A stretch of 64,000 nucleotides of DNA, taken from Candidatus Latescibacterota bacterium. GTDB lineage: Bacteria > Latescibacterota > UBA2968. The stretch lies in NCBI GenBank assembly GCA_965222605.1, contig OZ244960.1, forward strand, positions 4,576,001 to 4,640,000, read 5' to 3'. Of this stretch, positions 9,267 to 18,067 are shown one piece after another. The first letter of the stretch is position 1; every line of letters begins with the position of its first letter. Both the position numbers and the translations under genes were made by a program. The notes under the pieces are model-generated. The model was not told where the DNA came from. It worked only from the letters and a program-made list of their open reading frames with translations, and did not search any database.

Positions 9267-9330
9267 TTGAGGTTGGTAAAAAAAAGCGACTCTAACGGTC
9301 GTCCAAAATAATGCCTCAGTGTCTCGCACT

Positions 9331-9379
9331 TTACACACGCTGTTTGGCGGGCCGTGCGGGTACGCCCATCAACATGCCT
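9331..9379 (-). pseudogene. 3' remnant of a DUF2442 gene
   Basis: Encodes GMLMGVPARPAKQRV*, the same peptide as the end of 33649-33915. Confidence 0.85.
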
Positions 9380-9417
9380 CATTTAAGACTATTTCCACTA
9401 AAAAATAGGAGAACCCC

Positions 9418-10629
9418 ATGTATATGCACACTAAATATGGTTCGTGCAGAACAAAATGTCATTCAAGCCAATTAGGCGTTTGTCCCCCTCTGCACAATGT
9501 CATTAAAACCATCGCCATCTTCGTAACCGCAGCCCTCTTGCTCAACGCGATGGCTCCCACACTCGCGCACGCAGCTACATATCTGCAAGGCACAGAGGTC
9601 AATGCCAATACGCTGATTCGAGATGCGTATGTGCAAGTCACTTATCGCGATAACAGAGGTCAGGAAAAAACGGAGAAGGGGTGGATTGACGCGATTGGCG
9701 AAACCTCGTTCACCATTCGAAGTGGAGGTCTCAAGAGCGAGAAAGCCATTGCCTACGCCAACGTCGTGTCCGTGATCATGAGCGATGAATCAACTGTGCC
9801 AGCGAAGCAGATGAATGAGGTGAATCGATTTATTAGAGAAAACATTAGCGTGCAAGAGGCAGGTCAGATTCGCGCTCAAGTGCTCAAAGGCAGTGGCATA
9901 GATGGCGGTAAAGTTAAGATCGGTACTTTTGTTGAGGTGATTTATGGAAAAGGAGATTGGGATTCCATATCGGGAACGTGGGAGACACGCGCAGTTGCAA
10001 GAGGCTATATCAAGGGCATTGATGCCGAAACCTTGATCGTTGGTGAACGGTTTAGGAAGAAGGAAATCGCATTAGACCGCGTTCAAAAACTGAAACCTAT
10101 CAAAAACCTAAGACAATCACCACTTGAGATCGGCGCAGAAATTCTATCTGTGCGATATGCGATCGATTATTCCGATGATTCCGAGGCACTCGGTGCCTTA
10201 GCCGGGGATACTGGCACACTCATTGGTATGGGAGGAGGCTTGTACGGGAGACTATTGCCGTTAATCTATGTATCTGGCTTTTCTTTTTCAAGATTGGCTT
10301 TTGACCTGGGTGGGGGGCTTACCTCTGCCTACTGGGATGGCGGGAATTTTACCTCTTGGGGAGCACAGGGTGGGGTCGCTTATTTTTTGAGCAAGAAAAC
10401 ATCGAACGCTGTTTATATCAGGTCTTTCGCGACAATATTGACCCGTTCCACAGTTGGTGCGGGAATAGGTATTGGGTATCGCCGCGTTTTCCAGAACAAG
10501 ATGGCGATCAGGATTGAGCCATCATATATGCGATGGTTTTTTAATGGACAAAGACGGAGTAATCTCATGCTCCATCTGAAATATGGCGTCATTTTGGGTG
10601 GAAAGTCTCCGTCCTCAAACTCGAAATGA
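9418..10629 (+). CDS. Secreted protein: Sm/SH3-like modules A+B plus a probable small outer-membrane beta-barrel
   Basis: Signal ending LAHA-A; modules shared with 11653, 26973 and 28153; amphipathic strands at the C-terminus. Confidence 0.65.
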   Translation: MYMHTKYGSCRTKCHSSQLGVCPPLHNVIKTIAIFVTAALLLNAMAPTLAHAATYLQGTEVNANTLIRDAYVQVTYRDNRGQEKTEKGWIDAIGETSFTIRSGGLKSEKAIAYANVVSVIMSDESTVPAKQMNEVNRFIRENISVQEAGQIRAQVLKGSGIDGGKVKIGTFVEVIYGKGDWDSISGTWETRAVARGYIKGIDAETLIVGERFRKKEIALDRVQKLKPIKNLRQSPLEIGAEILSVRYAIDYSDDSEALGALAGDTGTLIGMGGGLYGRLLPLIYVSGFSFSRLAFDLGGGLTSAYWDGGNFTSWGAQGGVAYFLSKKTSNAVYIRSFATILTRSTVGAGIGIGYRRVFQNKMAIRIEPSYMRWFFNGQRRSNLMLHLKYGVILGGKSPSSNSK

Positions 10630-10707
10630 TCTCGCAGGTCTGAGGGATTTTGTATTAATAGGGGTCTATGTCCTGAGTTTGTGACAAAGACCAATCACGA
10701 AAGGTAA

Positions 10708-11619
10708 ATGATTATGAGACAATATATTCTGATCGGGCTAAGCACATTGTGTACCTGGCTCATAGCAGGTGAAGGATTTGCCCAGAGGCATGCTCGCACC
10801 ACTGCTTTGGGTGAGGTTGGTGTGGGATTGATTGGGAGTGGGCAGGCCATTCTGTACAATCCAGCAGGACTGGCTTTTATGGAACGCAGAGAAGCCTATT
10901 TTACCTACATAGACTGGCCATCGGACACGGAGGAACACAACGTGGGGATTTCTGCAAATGTGCTTGGGCAAAGGGCATTTGGCCTTTATGCCGAGCGCGA
11001 TAACTATAGCGAGGATTATGCCATTTTCGGAGGCTATGGACAAAAAATAACGGACAGAATTGCGGTGGGAACGACGTTTAAGCTGATTCATAACAACTAT
11101 CAGATTTATTCTCCAGAACTTAGACAGTTTATTTCACAAACACAAAATAAGGTTGCCTTTGATTTGGGTACGTATGTTATCGGGTTCCGGAATATGGTGA
11201 TGTCAGTAGGTCTGGAAAATGTGAGTTCAGATAGCCTGCTTCAAAAGGATGCGCGGCTGGGGTTGCTCATCGATATGTTCGCCTTGATAAATGCCGGGCC
11301 TTTGCCACACCAACTGGACGTTATGTTAGACATGGAGATACCGATCAATTTTGACAGGGACACAATACTGAGTGCAGCTATCGAATATGGGTACACGCAC
11401 TACGGTGCAAATGGTTCTGTTGGATTCTCGTTGCGTTTAGGTGGATTCTCGCGGGACTTTGGAGATCAAGATTATATCTTTAGGGGGTCGGCTAAATGGG
11501 GAGGTGGGTTGCATTTCCTGACCCAAAAGGGCATGGGTGTAAAGATAGATTACACGCCCTATTTTTTCCCAAGCCAATACGAAAATGGACATATCATCAG
11601 TATTGCTTTTATGTTCTAA
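10708..11619 (+). CDS. PorV/PorQ-family beta-barrel protein
   Basis: ARTTALGE.G......AILYNPAGLA motif, AFDLG, C-terminal ISIAFMF. Confidence 0.75.
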   Translation: MIMRQYILIGLSTLCTWLIAGEGFAQRHARTTALGEVGVGLIGSGQAILYNPAGLAFMERREAYFTYIDWPSDTEEHNVGISANVLGQRAFGLYAERDNYSEDYAIFGGYGQKITDRIAVGTTFKLIHNNYQIYSPELRQFISQTQNKVAFDLGTYVIGFRNMVMSVGLENVSSDSLLQKDARLGLLIDMFALINAGPLPHQLDVMLDMEIPINFDRDTILSAAIEYGYTHYGANGSVGFSLRLGGFSRDFGDQDYIFRGSAKWGGGLHFLTQKGMGVKIDYTPYFFPSQYENGHIISIAFMF

Positions 11620-11652
11620 AGTCAAATTCTCTGTCGCTTTAAGGAGACATTC

Positions 11653-13157
11653 ATGAAAAAATTAACCTCTGTCTGTATAACTGCAGCTCTCCAGCTCAAC
11701 GCGATGGCTCCGACGCTTGCACACGCAGCTATATATCTGCAAGGTGCAGAGATCAATGCCAATACACTGACGCAAGATGCTTATGTTGCAGTCACATATT
11801 ACGATAGCAATGGAGAACAGAAATTGGTAAAGGGATGGATTGATGAGGTTGGTGAAACCACGTTCACCATTCGTAGTGGAGCACTTTTTGGAAAGAAGAC
11901 CATTGCTTATGAAAATGTCCTGTCGGTGATTATGAGCGACGAATCAACTGAGTCAGCGAAGCAGATGAATGAGGTAAATCGGTTTATTCGGAATGTGAAA
12001 GCAAGAGAAATAGAGCGGGCTAAAAAAGAATCAAAGGCAGAAGATCACGTTATACAATGGCTCGATCCGATCAACACGAAGGCTCCCGCTAATAATGGCG
12101 GTGCTAATACGAATGGCAATGTTGCTTATGAGGTGATTGCTGGCGTTAAAAAGTATGTGGGGGAGGATGCGTGGCGAGTGATTGTCGCTAAAGTCGCTAT
12201 GTCGAAGTGACGTACCGCGGGGCGAATGGCAAGACCGAGACAGCGGAGGGGTATGTGCGAGCGATAGATGAAACCGAGTTGACGATTTATCAGGGCGGTT
12301 TACGCAAACGCATCGCACGAGAAAGGATTGAGGTGCTGATGGTCTGTGATCATTCACGCCAACTTCAGGAGATCAAGCGTCTCTTTGCCAGGCAGCAGCA
12401 ATTGTCTGAGTCAAAACCATCCGTTCTTCCCTCAGCGGTGATTGGCGAGGTTGATCAGTACGTTGGGGAAAATGCGCGAAAGGTAGTCGTTGCTAAAGGT
12501 CGCTATGTGGGTTTGACCTACCTCAGAGATGATGGCAAGATTGAGAAAGCAGAGGGGTTTGTCCGCGCGATGAATGAGACTGAACTAACGATTCAACACA
12601 CTTCTCGCGTTGGGAGGAGGATAATTTCTCGGGAGAAGATCACTGTCTTGATGGTCTGCGATTATCCAAGCCAACTTCAGCGTGCCCCCTTTTTTAAAAA
12701 AAAGCCTCCTGGCGTTGGTACCAGGTTGTTAGGTGGTTTGGTAGGTGGACCTATAGGAGTAGTTATGTCGATATCTGCAATGATGCCATTTCTTCCAGAA
12801 GATTATTGTCTTATTGAGATATCGGATGAGGATATGAAGTGCGGAGACTATGAACACTTGGATACTGTCGTATGGTCAGGCATTCTTGTCAGCTATATAA
12901 GTGGCACTATTATCGGCCTGAATCCATACGATTCACTCGGATCTACACTGGTGGGTAGCCTTGTTGGCGGCGGCGTAGGCATCGCCATGACATCTGCCTC
13001 AGAGACGCTCTGGTCTTCCCTGTTTGTCTGCCCAATCGCTGGGGCTTACATTGCATCTAAAATATTACGCAAATCGTCTGAGCCACGCCGGTTCTCAGTC
13101 GGTCTCGCACCTGACCGCGATGGAAATCTGTCCGCGGTTGCCACGTTGCGGTTTTAA
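11653..13157 (+). pseudogene. Single gene split by a 1-nt deletion near 12193: modules A+C+C, Gly-rich region, beta-hairpin tail
   Basis: GCTAAAG-TCGCTAT here versus AAAGGTCGCTAT in paralogous modules (12495, 21464); adding one G fuses ORFs 11653-12210 and 12207-13157. Confidence 0.8.
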
Positions 13158-13201
13158 GTGGTTCAGCAAAATCTCGACTCAAATACAGATGAGGTGATTT
13201 C

Positions 13202-16200
13202 ATGAGAATATACTGCAAGACACTCAGGTTGAGCGCGTGCTTGTTTGCTTTGCTCTGTCTATCGTCTGCTGGATATGCTTCGCCACCATCGACTGATGTG
13301 CATTTCTGTCTGCCGCTCGACCTGAGAGAGCCAGATAGTCTGTATGTTGCCACGAAGCACGCGCTTAATCTGAACGTTGGCGAACCACGCACGGTGCGGA
13401 TGATCTACTTTTTGCCGAATAACCGTCCATTTCGCCAGGAGGTAGTGGATTCGATGAAAGTGACAATTCGCCAGGTTCAGACCTTCTTTGCCGAGCAGAT
13501 GCAGGCGCATGGGTATGAAAAAAACCCCTTCCGCTTTGAGACCGGTGCCCAGGGCGAACCACTGGTGCATCGCATGGAGGGTCAACACCCCAATAGCCAC
13601 TATTTTGATGAGACATTTAAGACTGTGTTCGAAGAGATTGAACAAGCGTTTGATGTGAGAGAGAACATTTACTTCATCGTCATTGATAACGGTACAAATT
13701 CAATTGGTAGTATTGGTCAGAGTGCGAGAGGTGCCGGAAGTCGTATGGGAAAAAATGGTGGCATTGCTTTGTTTCCCGGCGAATTTATCTGGCATGTGGT
13801 AGCACATGAGCTTGGCCATGCTTTTGGATTGCAGCACGATTTCCGCGACAATGCGTACATCATGTCGTATGGTGCAGGACGAAATCGGTTATCTATGTGC
13901 CACGCCGAATTTTTGGCTGTGCATCCGTATTTCAATCCCGATGCCTCAATTGAAGAGGCGCAGTTGCCAAATATAGAACTCATTTCATCACGGGTATATT
14001 CCGCAGGCTCAAAGAGCGTTTCTGTTCAACTTAAAGTCAGCGATTTAGAAGGACTCCATCAAGTACTCTTATTCGTTAGAACGGGAAAACCACACATTGC
14101 CGCTGGATTTCGTGAAGTGAAGACATGTCGTGGCTTGGTAGGTGAAAAAGATACCGTCATTGAATTTGAGTATGACGGCGTCATTCCATCTGTTACGGGA
14201 CCGAGTCTTTCCAATCCTACCATTCATCCAATTTATATCGAAGCAGTTGATACTGATGGAAATGTGGGTAGCGTGTATTTTGAACTGTGGGAAACCCCGC
14301 CAAACTATATCACCACCCTTGAGGGACATACGAGAGCGGTCCGTTCTGTGGTGTTTTCGCCTGACGGTACAATCCTTGCTTCAGGGTCACAGGATAGCAC
14401 AATCAAGCTGTGGGACGTTGAGACAAAAACAAATATTGCTACTCTTTCGGGGCATAACAATGAGGTTAACACTGTATCATTTTCGCCAGATGGTACAATC
14501 CTCGCTTCAGGCTCACAAGATAGAACGATCAGACTATGGGATGTTGCGACGCGAACAGAAATAGCCACCATTGAAGATAGGGATAGGGGCACAATTATTT
14601 CTGTGTCGTTTTCACCCAATGGGACAATGCTCGCTTCTGGGGCTTCTGGTGGAACGGTCAAGCTATGGGATGTTGCGACAGGTACAAGTATCGCCACGCT
14701 TGAGGGACATGAGGATTGGGTTAGTGCTGTGTCGTTTTCACCTGACGGGACAATGCTCGCTTCAGGCTCAGGGGATAGAACAATCAGACTATGGGATGTT
14801 GCGACGCGCACAGAGATAGCCACCATTGAAGGTAAGGATAGAATTCTTTCTGTGTCGTTTTCACCCGATGGGACAATGCTCGCTTCAGGAGCTTTCGATT
14901 ATACGGTTAAATTATGGGACGTTTCGACAAAAGAGAATATTACTACCCTTGAGGGACATACGTTTTTTGTCAATTCTGTTGTATTCTACTCTGATGGGAC
15001 AATACTTGCTTCTGGATCAGAAGATAAAACGGTCAAGCTGTGGGATGTTGCGACGGGCACAAATATCACCACCTTTTCAGGGTATGAGGGTGGTGTCGAA
15101 TCTGTGGCATTTTCGCCAGATGGTACAATCCTCGCTTCCAGTTCATGGGATCATACGGTCAGATTATGGGATATTTCTGAGTGGCAGCTTCCCCGTCCTG
15201 CAATGCTTGTGAAGATTTCAGGCGATAACCAGCGGGGCACGCCGGATTCAGAGTTGGCGAATCCTCTAATTGTTGAGGTGAGAGATCAGTATGGTGCTGT
15301 GTTTGAAGGTGCTACGGTCACGTTTACTGTCACGGAAGGAGACGGTAAGCTCAGTGGGCGGTTCACGGTTGAGAAGGCAATAACCGATGCCAATGGTAGG
15401 GCACAGAGTACGCTGATGCTTGGAGACAATCCGGAGACAAATACTGTTGAAGTATCAGTCGCTGGGGCTAAGGAGATCTTTAATGCCATGGGTGTTGGAA
15501 CATCTACCACATCAATCCCTGACGGTAGTTATCAAACGGGGAGTTTGCCCGACGGTGCGATGTTTCGTCTGGGAAAAGGACGCATTCGGGGAACCGACAG
15601 GGCTGTGGCATATTCGCCGGATGGTCGAAGTCTGGCTGTGGCGAGTAGCATTGGTATCTATCTTTACGATGTGGCGACATATCGTGAACGCGCGCTATTC
15701 ATCGGGCATACGGATTGGATTGATTGTGTGGTGTTTTCACCCGATGGGACAATGTTGGCTTCTGGGGCTGCTGATAGAACGGTTAAACTGTGGGATGTTG
15801 CAACAGGAACAAATATCTCTACCTTTGAAGGACATACAGAGTGGCTGGAATCTGTGTCATTTTCACCCGATGGGACAATGCTGGCTTCTGGGGCTCGGGA
15901 TAATACGATCAAGCTATGGGATGTTGAGACCAGAGAAAATATCGCCACTCTTGAAGGACATACGGATAAGGTCTATTCTGTATCATTTTCGCCCGATGGG
16001 ACAATGCTGGCTTCTGGGTCAGAAGATGACACGATCAAGCTATGGGATGTTGAGACCAGAGAAAATATCGCCACGTTTGAGACGCATACATATAGAGTCT
16101 GGTCTGTGGCGTTTTCGCCCGATGGCACAATACTGGCTGCAGGATCATGGGATGAGGTCAAGCTGTGGGATGTTGCAACCGGGACAAATATCGCTACGTT

Positions 16201-18046
16201 TGAAACACACCGAGCCGAGTCTGTGGCGTTTTCCCCTGACGGTCGAAGCCTGGCTGCGGCAAGTAGCATTGGTATCTATCTTTACGATGTGGTGACTTTT
16301 CGCGAACTTGCGCTATTTACTGGGGATACCTATTGGGTTCAGTCTGTTGCGTTCTCCCCTGATGGCTCAACACTCGCTTCCACCTTACAGAATAACACGG
16401 TCAAGCTGTGGGATGTTGCAACACACAATCACACGATACTAAAGCATACATATCAGGTCGTGTCTGTGGCATTTTCACCTGATGGCACGACGCTCATCTG
16501 GGGAACAAGAGACTACAGAGTCTCGCTGTGGGATGTTGTCAACGAAGAAAATATCACTATGCTCAAAGGAGATGTAGGTTTTGACTCGATCTCACCCGAC
16601 GGAACGACCCTTGCTTTGGGAACTGGGCACGAGATCTGGCTATGGGACCTCGCCACTGGAGAAAATATCGCCATGTTTAAGGGACATAGGTCTCCGGTCA
16701 TTTATGTATCGTTTTCACCTGATGGGACGACCCTCGCTTCCGGGTCATGGAATGGCCCAGTCAAGTTGTGGGATGTCGCGACAGGGGAAAATATCGCTAC
16801 TTTTGAGGGACATACGGCTGGGGTCAATTCTGTTGCATTTTCTCCTGATGGGAAGACCCTTGCTTCTGGGGCTTGGGATGGCTTGGTCAAGTTGTGGGAT
16901 GTCGCGACAGGGGAAAATATCGCTACTTTTGAGGGACATACGGCTGGGGTCAATTCTGTTGCGTATTCGCCCGATGGAACGACCCTCGCCTCGGGGGCAA
17001 CGAATGGCTCGGTTCTGCTGTGGGATGTTGCGACAGAAGAAAATATCGCCACTCTTGAGGCGCGTGATTTAGTCCAGTCTGTTGTGTATTCTCCCGATGG
17101 TGCAATCCTCGCTTCTGGGTCAGCGGATGGCACGATTCTGCTGTGGGATATATCAACCGGACAGTCTGTCGTTACCTTTACAGGGCATACGGAGTCGATC
17201 GGATCTATAGCATTTTCGCCTGAAGGTACAAAGCTTGCGTCAGGCTCTGCTGATGGCACGGCTCTGCTGTGGGATGTGTCGGAGTATGTCACGCCTGTGG
17301 TTTATATGCCCGATGCCAACCTGCGTGCGGTGATCCGGGATGCGCTGGGCAAGTCGCGTTTTGCACCCATTACTACCATTGATATGGCGAGTTTGACTAC
17401 TCTGGATGCGAGCAATCACAATATTCGCGAGTTGGTAGGGCTTGGGTCTGCAACCAATCTGACAGAGTTGAATCTTACGGATAATCCGTTGAGTTCACAA
17501 TCCCTCAATACGCATATTCCAGCTCTTCAGGACAGAGGTGTTGAGGTTCTGTTTGACAGACCTACGACGCTGGTAAAAATCTCAGAGAGTGAACAGGAAG
17601 GCGTGCCCGGTGCAGTGTTGGAGACGCCTCTGGTTGTTGAAGTGCGAGATCTGGATGGGAATGTGCTCGCAGGTGCGCCAGTCGCGTTTGTAGTTACAGC
17701 GGGGGATGGGGCGCTTAGTGTAGAGACCACAGTGACGGATTCGAGCGGTCGAGCATCGAGTGTGTTGACGCTTGGTAACAGTTTGGAGCCAATCGTTGTT
17801 TCGGTCATGGTTATAGGGATTGAGCAGCCGGTGACGTTTTTGATAGAGTCTATGGCTACGCCCGATTTTGATGGGGATGGAACTGTTGATTTTGCCGATT
17901 TTTTGCTTTTTGTAGAGCAGTTCGGGTTCAGTGAGGACGACGCGGGTTATGAAACGCGGTTTGATCTGGATGGGGATGGCATGATTAGATTTGAGGATTT
18001 TCTGATTTTTGCCAATGCCTTTGGCAAAGTCGTATCATCCAATTGA
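13202..18046 (+). CDS. Large secreted multidomain protein: metzincin-type peptidase, WD40 propellers, Ig-like (Big) domains, LRR, dockerin-like tail
   Basis: Signal peptide; HELGHAFGLQH (13805-13837) and Met-turn IMSY; about 21 WD40 repeats; two LVKIS...PL.VEVRD domains; C-terminal DFDGDG pair. Confidence 0.9.
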   Translation: MRIYCKTLRLSACLFALLCLSSAGYASPPSTDVHFCLPLDLREPDSLYVATKHALNLNVGEPRTVRMIYFLPNNRPFRQEVVDSMKVTIRQVQTFFAEQMQAHGYEKNPFRFETGAQGEPLVHRMEGQHPNSHYFDETFKTVFEEIEQAFDVRENIYFIVIDNGTNSIGSIGQSARGAGSRMGKNGGIALFPGEFIWHVVAHELGHAFGLQHDFRDNAYIMSYGAGRNRLSMCHAEFLAVHPYFNPDASIEEAQLPNIELISSRVYSAGSKSVSVQLKVSDLEGLHQVLLFVRTGKPHIAAGFREVKTCRGLVGEKDTVIEFEYDGVIPSVTGPSLSNPTIHPIYIEAVDTDGNVGSVYFELWETPPNYITTLEGHTRAVRSVVFSPDGTILASGSQDSTIKLWDVETKTNIATLSGHNNEVNTVSFSPDGTILASGSQDRTIRLWDVATRTEIATIEDRDRGTIISVSFSPNGTMLASGASGGTVKLWDVATGTSIATLEGHEDWVSAVSFSPDGTMLASGSGDRTIRLWDVATRTEIATIEGKDRILSVSFSPDGTMLASGAFDYTVKLWDVSTKENITTLEGHTFFVNSVVFYSDGTILASGSEDKTVKLWDVATGTNITTFSGYEGGVESVAFSPDGTILASSSWDHTVRLWDISEWQLPRPAMLVKISGDNQRGTPDSELANPLIVEVRDQYGAVFEGATVTFTVTEGDGKLSGRFTVEKAITDANGRAQSTLMLGDNPETNTVEVSVAGAKEIFNAMGVGTSTTSIPDGSYQTGSLPDGAMFRLGKGRIRGTDRAVAYSPDGRSLAVASSIGIYLYDVATYRERALFIGHTDWIDCVVFSPDGTMLASGAADRTVKLWDVATGTNISTFEGHTEWLESVSFSPDGTMLASGARDNTIKLWDVETRENIATLEGHTDKVYSVSFSPDGTMLASGSEDDTIKLWDVETRENIATFETHTYRVWSVAFSPDGTILAAGSWDEVKLWDVATGTNIATFETHRAESVAFSPDGRSLAAASSIGIYLYDVVTFRELALFTGDTYWVQSVAFSPDGSTLASTLQNNTVKLWDVATHNHTILKHTYQVVSVAFSPDGTTLIWGTRDYRVSLWDVVNEENITMLKGDVGFDSISPDGTTLALGTGHEIWLWDLATGENIAMFKGHRSPVIYVSFSPDGTTLASGSWNGPVKLWDVATGENIATFEGHTAGVNSVAFSPDGKTLASGAWDGLVKLWDVATGENIATFEGHTAGVNSVAYSPDGTTLASGATNGSVLLWDVATEENIATLEARDLVQSVVYSPDGAILASGSADGTILLWDISTGQSVVTFTGHTESIGSIAFSPEGTKLASGSADGTALLWDVSEYVTPVVYMPDANLRAVIRDALGKSRFAPITTIDMASLTTLDASNHNIRELVGLGSATNLTELNLTDNPLSSQSLNTHIPALQDRGVEVLFDRPTTLVKISESEQEGVPGAVLETPLVVEVRDLDGNVLAGAPVAFVVTAGDGALSVETTVTDSSGRASSVLTLGNSLEPIVVSVMVIGIEQPVTFLIESMATPDFDGDGTVDFADFLLFVEQFGFSEDDAGYETRFDLDGDGMIRFEDFLIFANAFGKVVSSN

Positions 18047-18067
18047 TTGTACAGATGAGGTGATTTC

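Noticed and set aside
12186-12196. Programmed -1 frameshift
   Set aside because: No slippery heptamer in the right frame; paralogs simply have one more G
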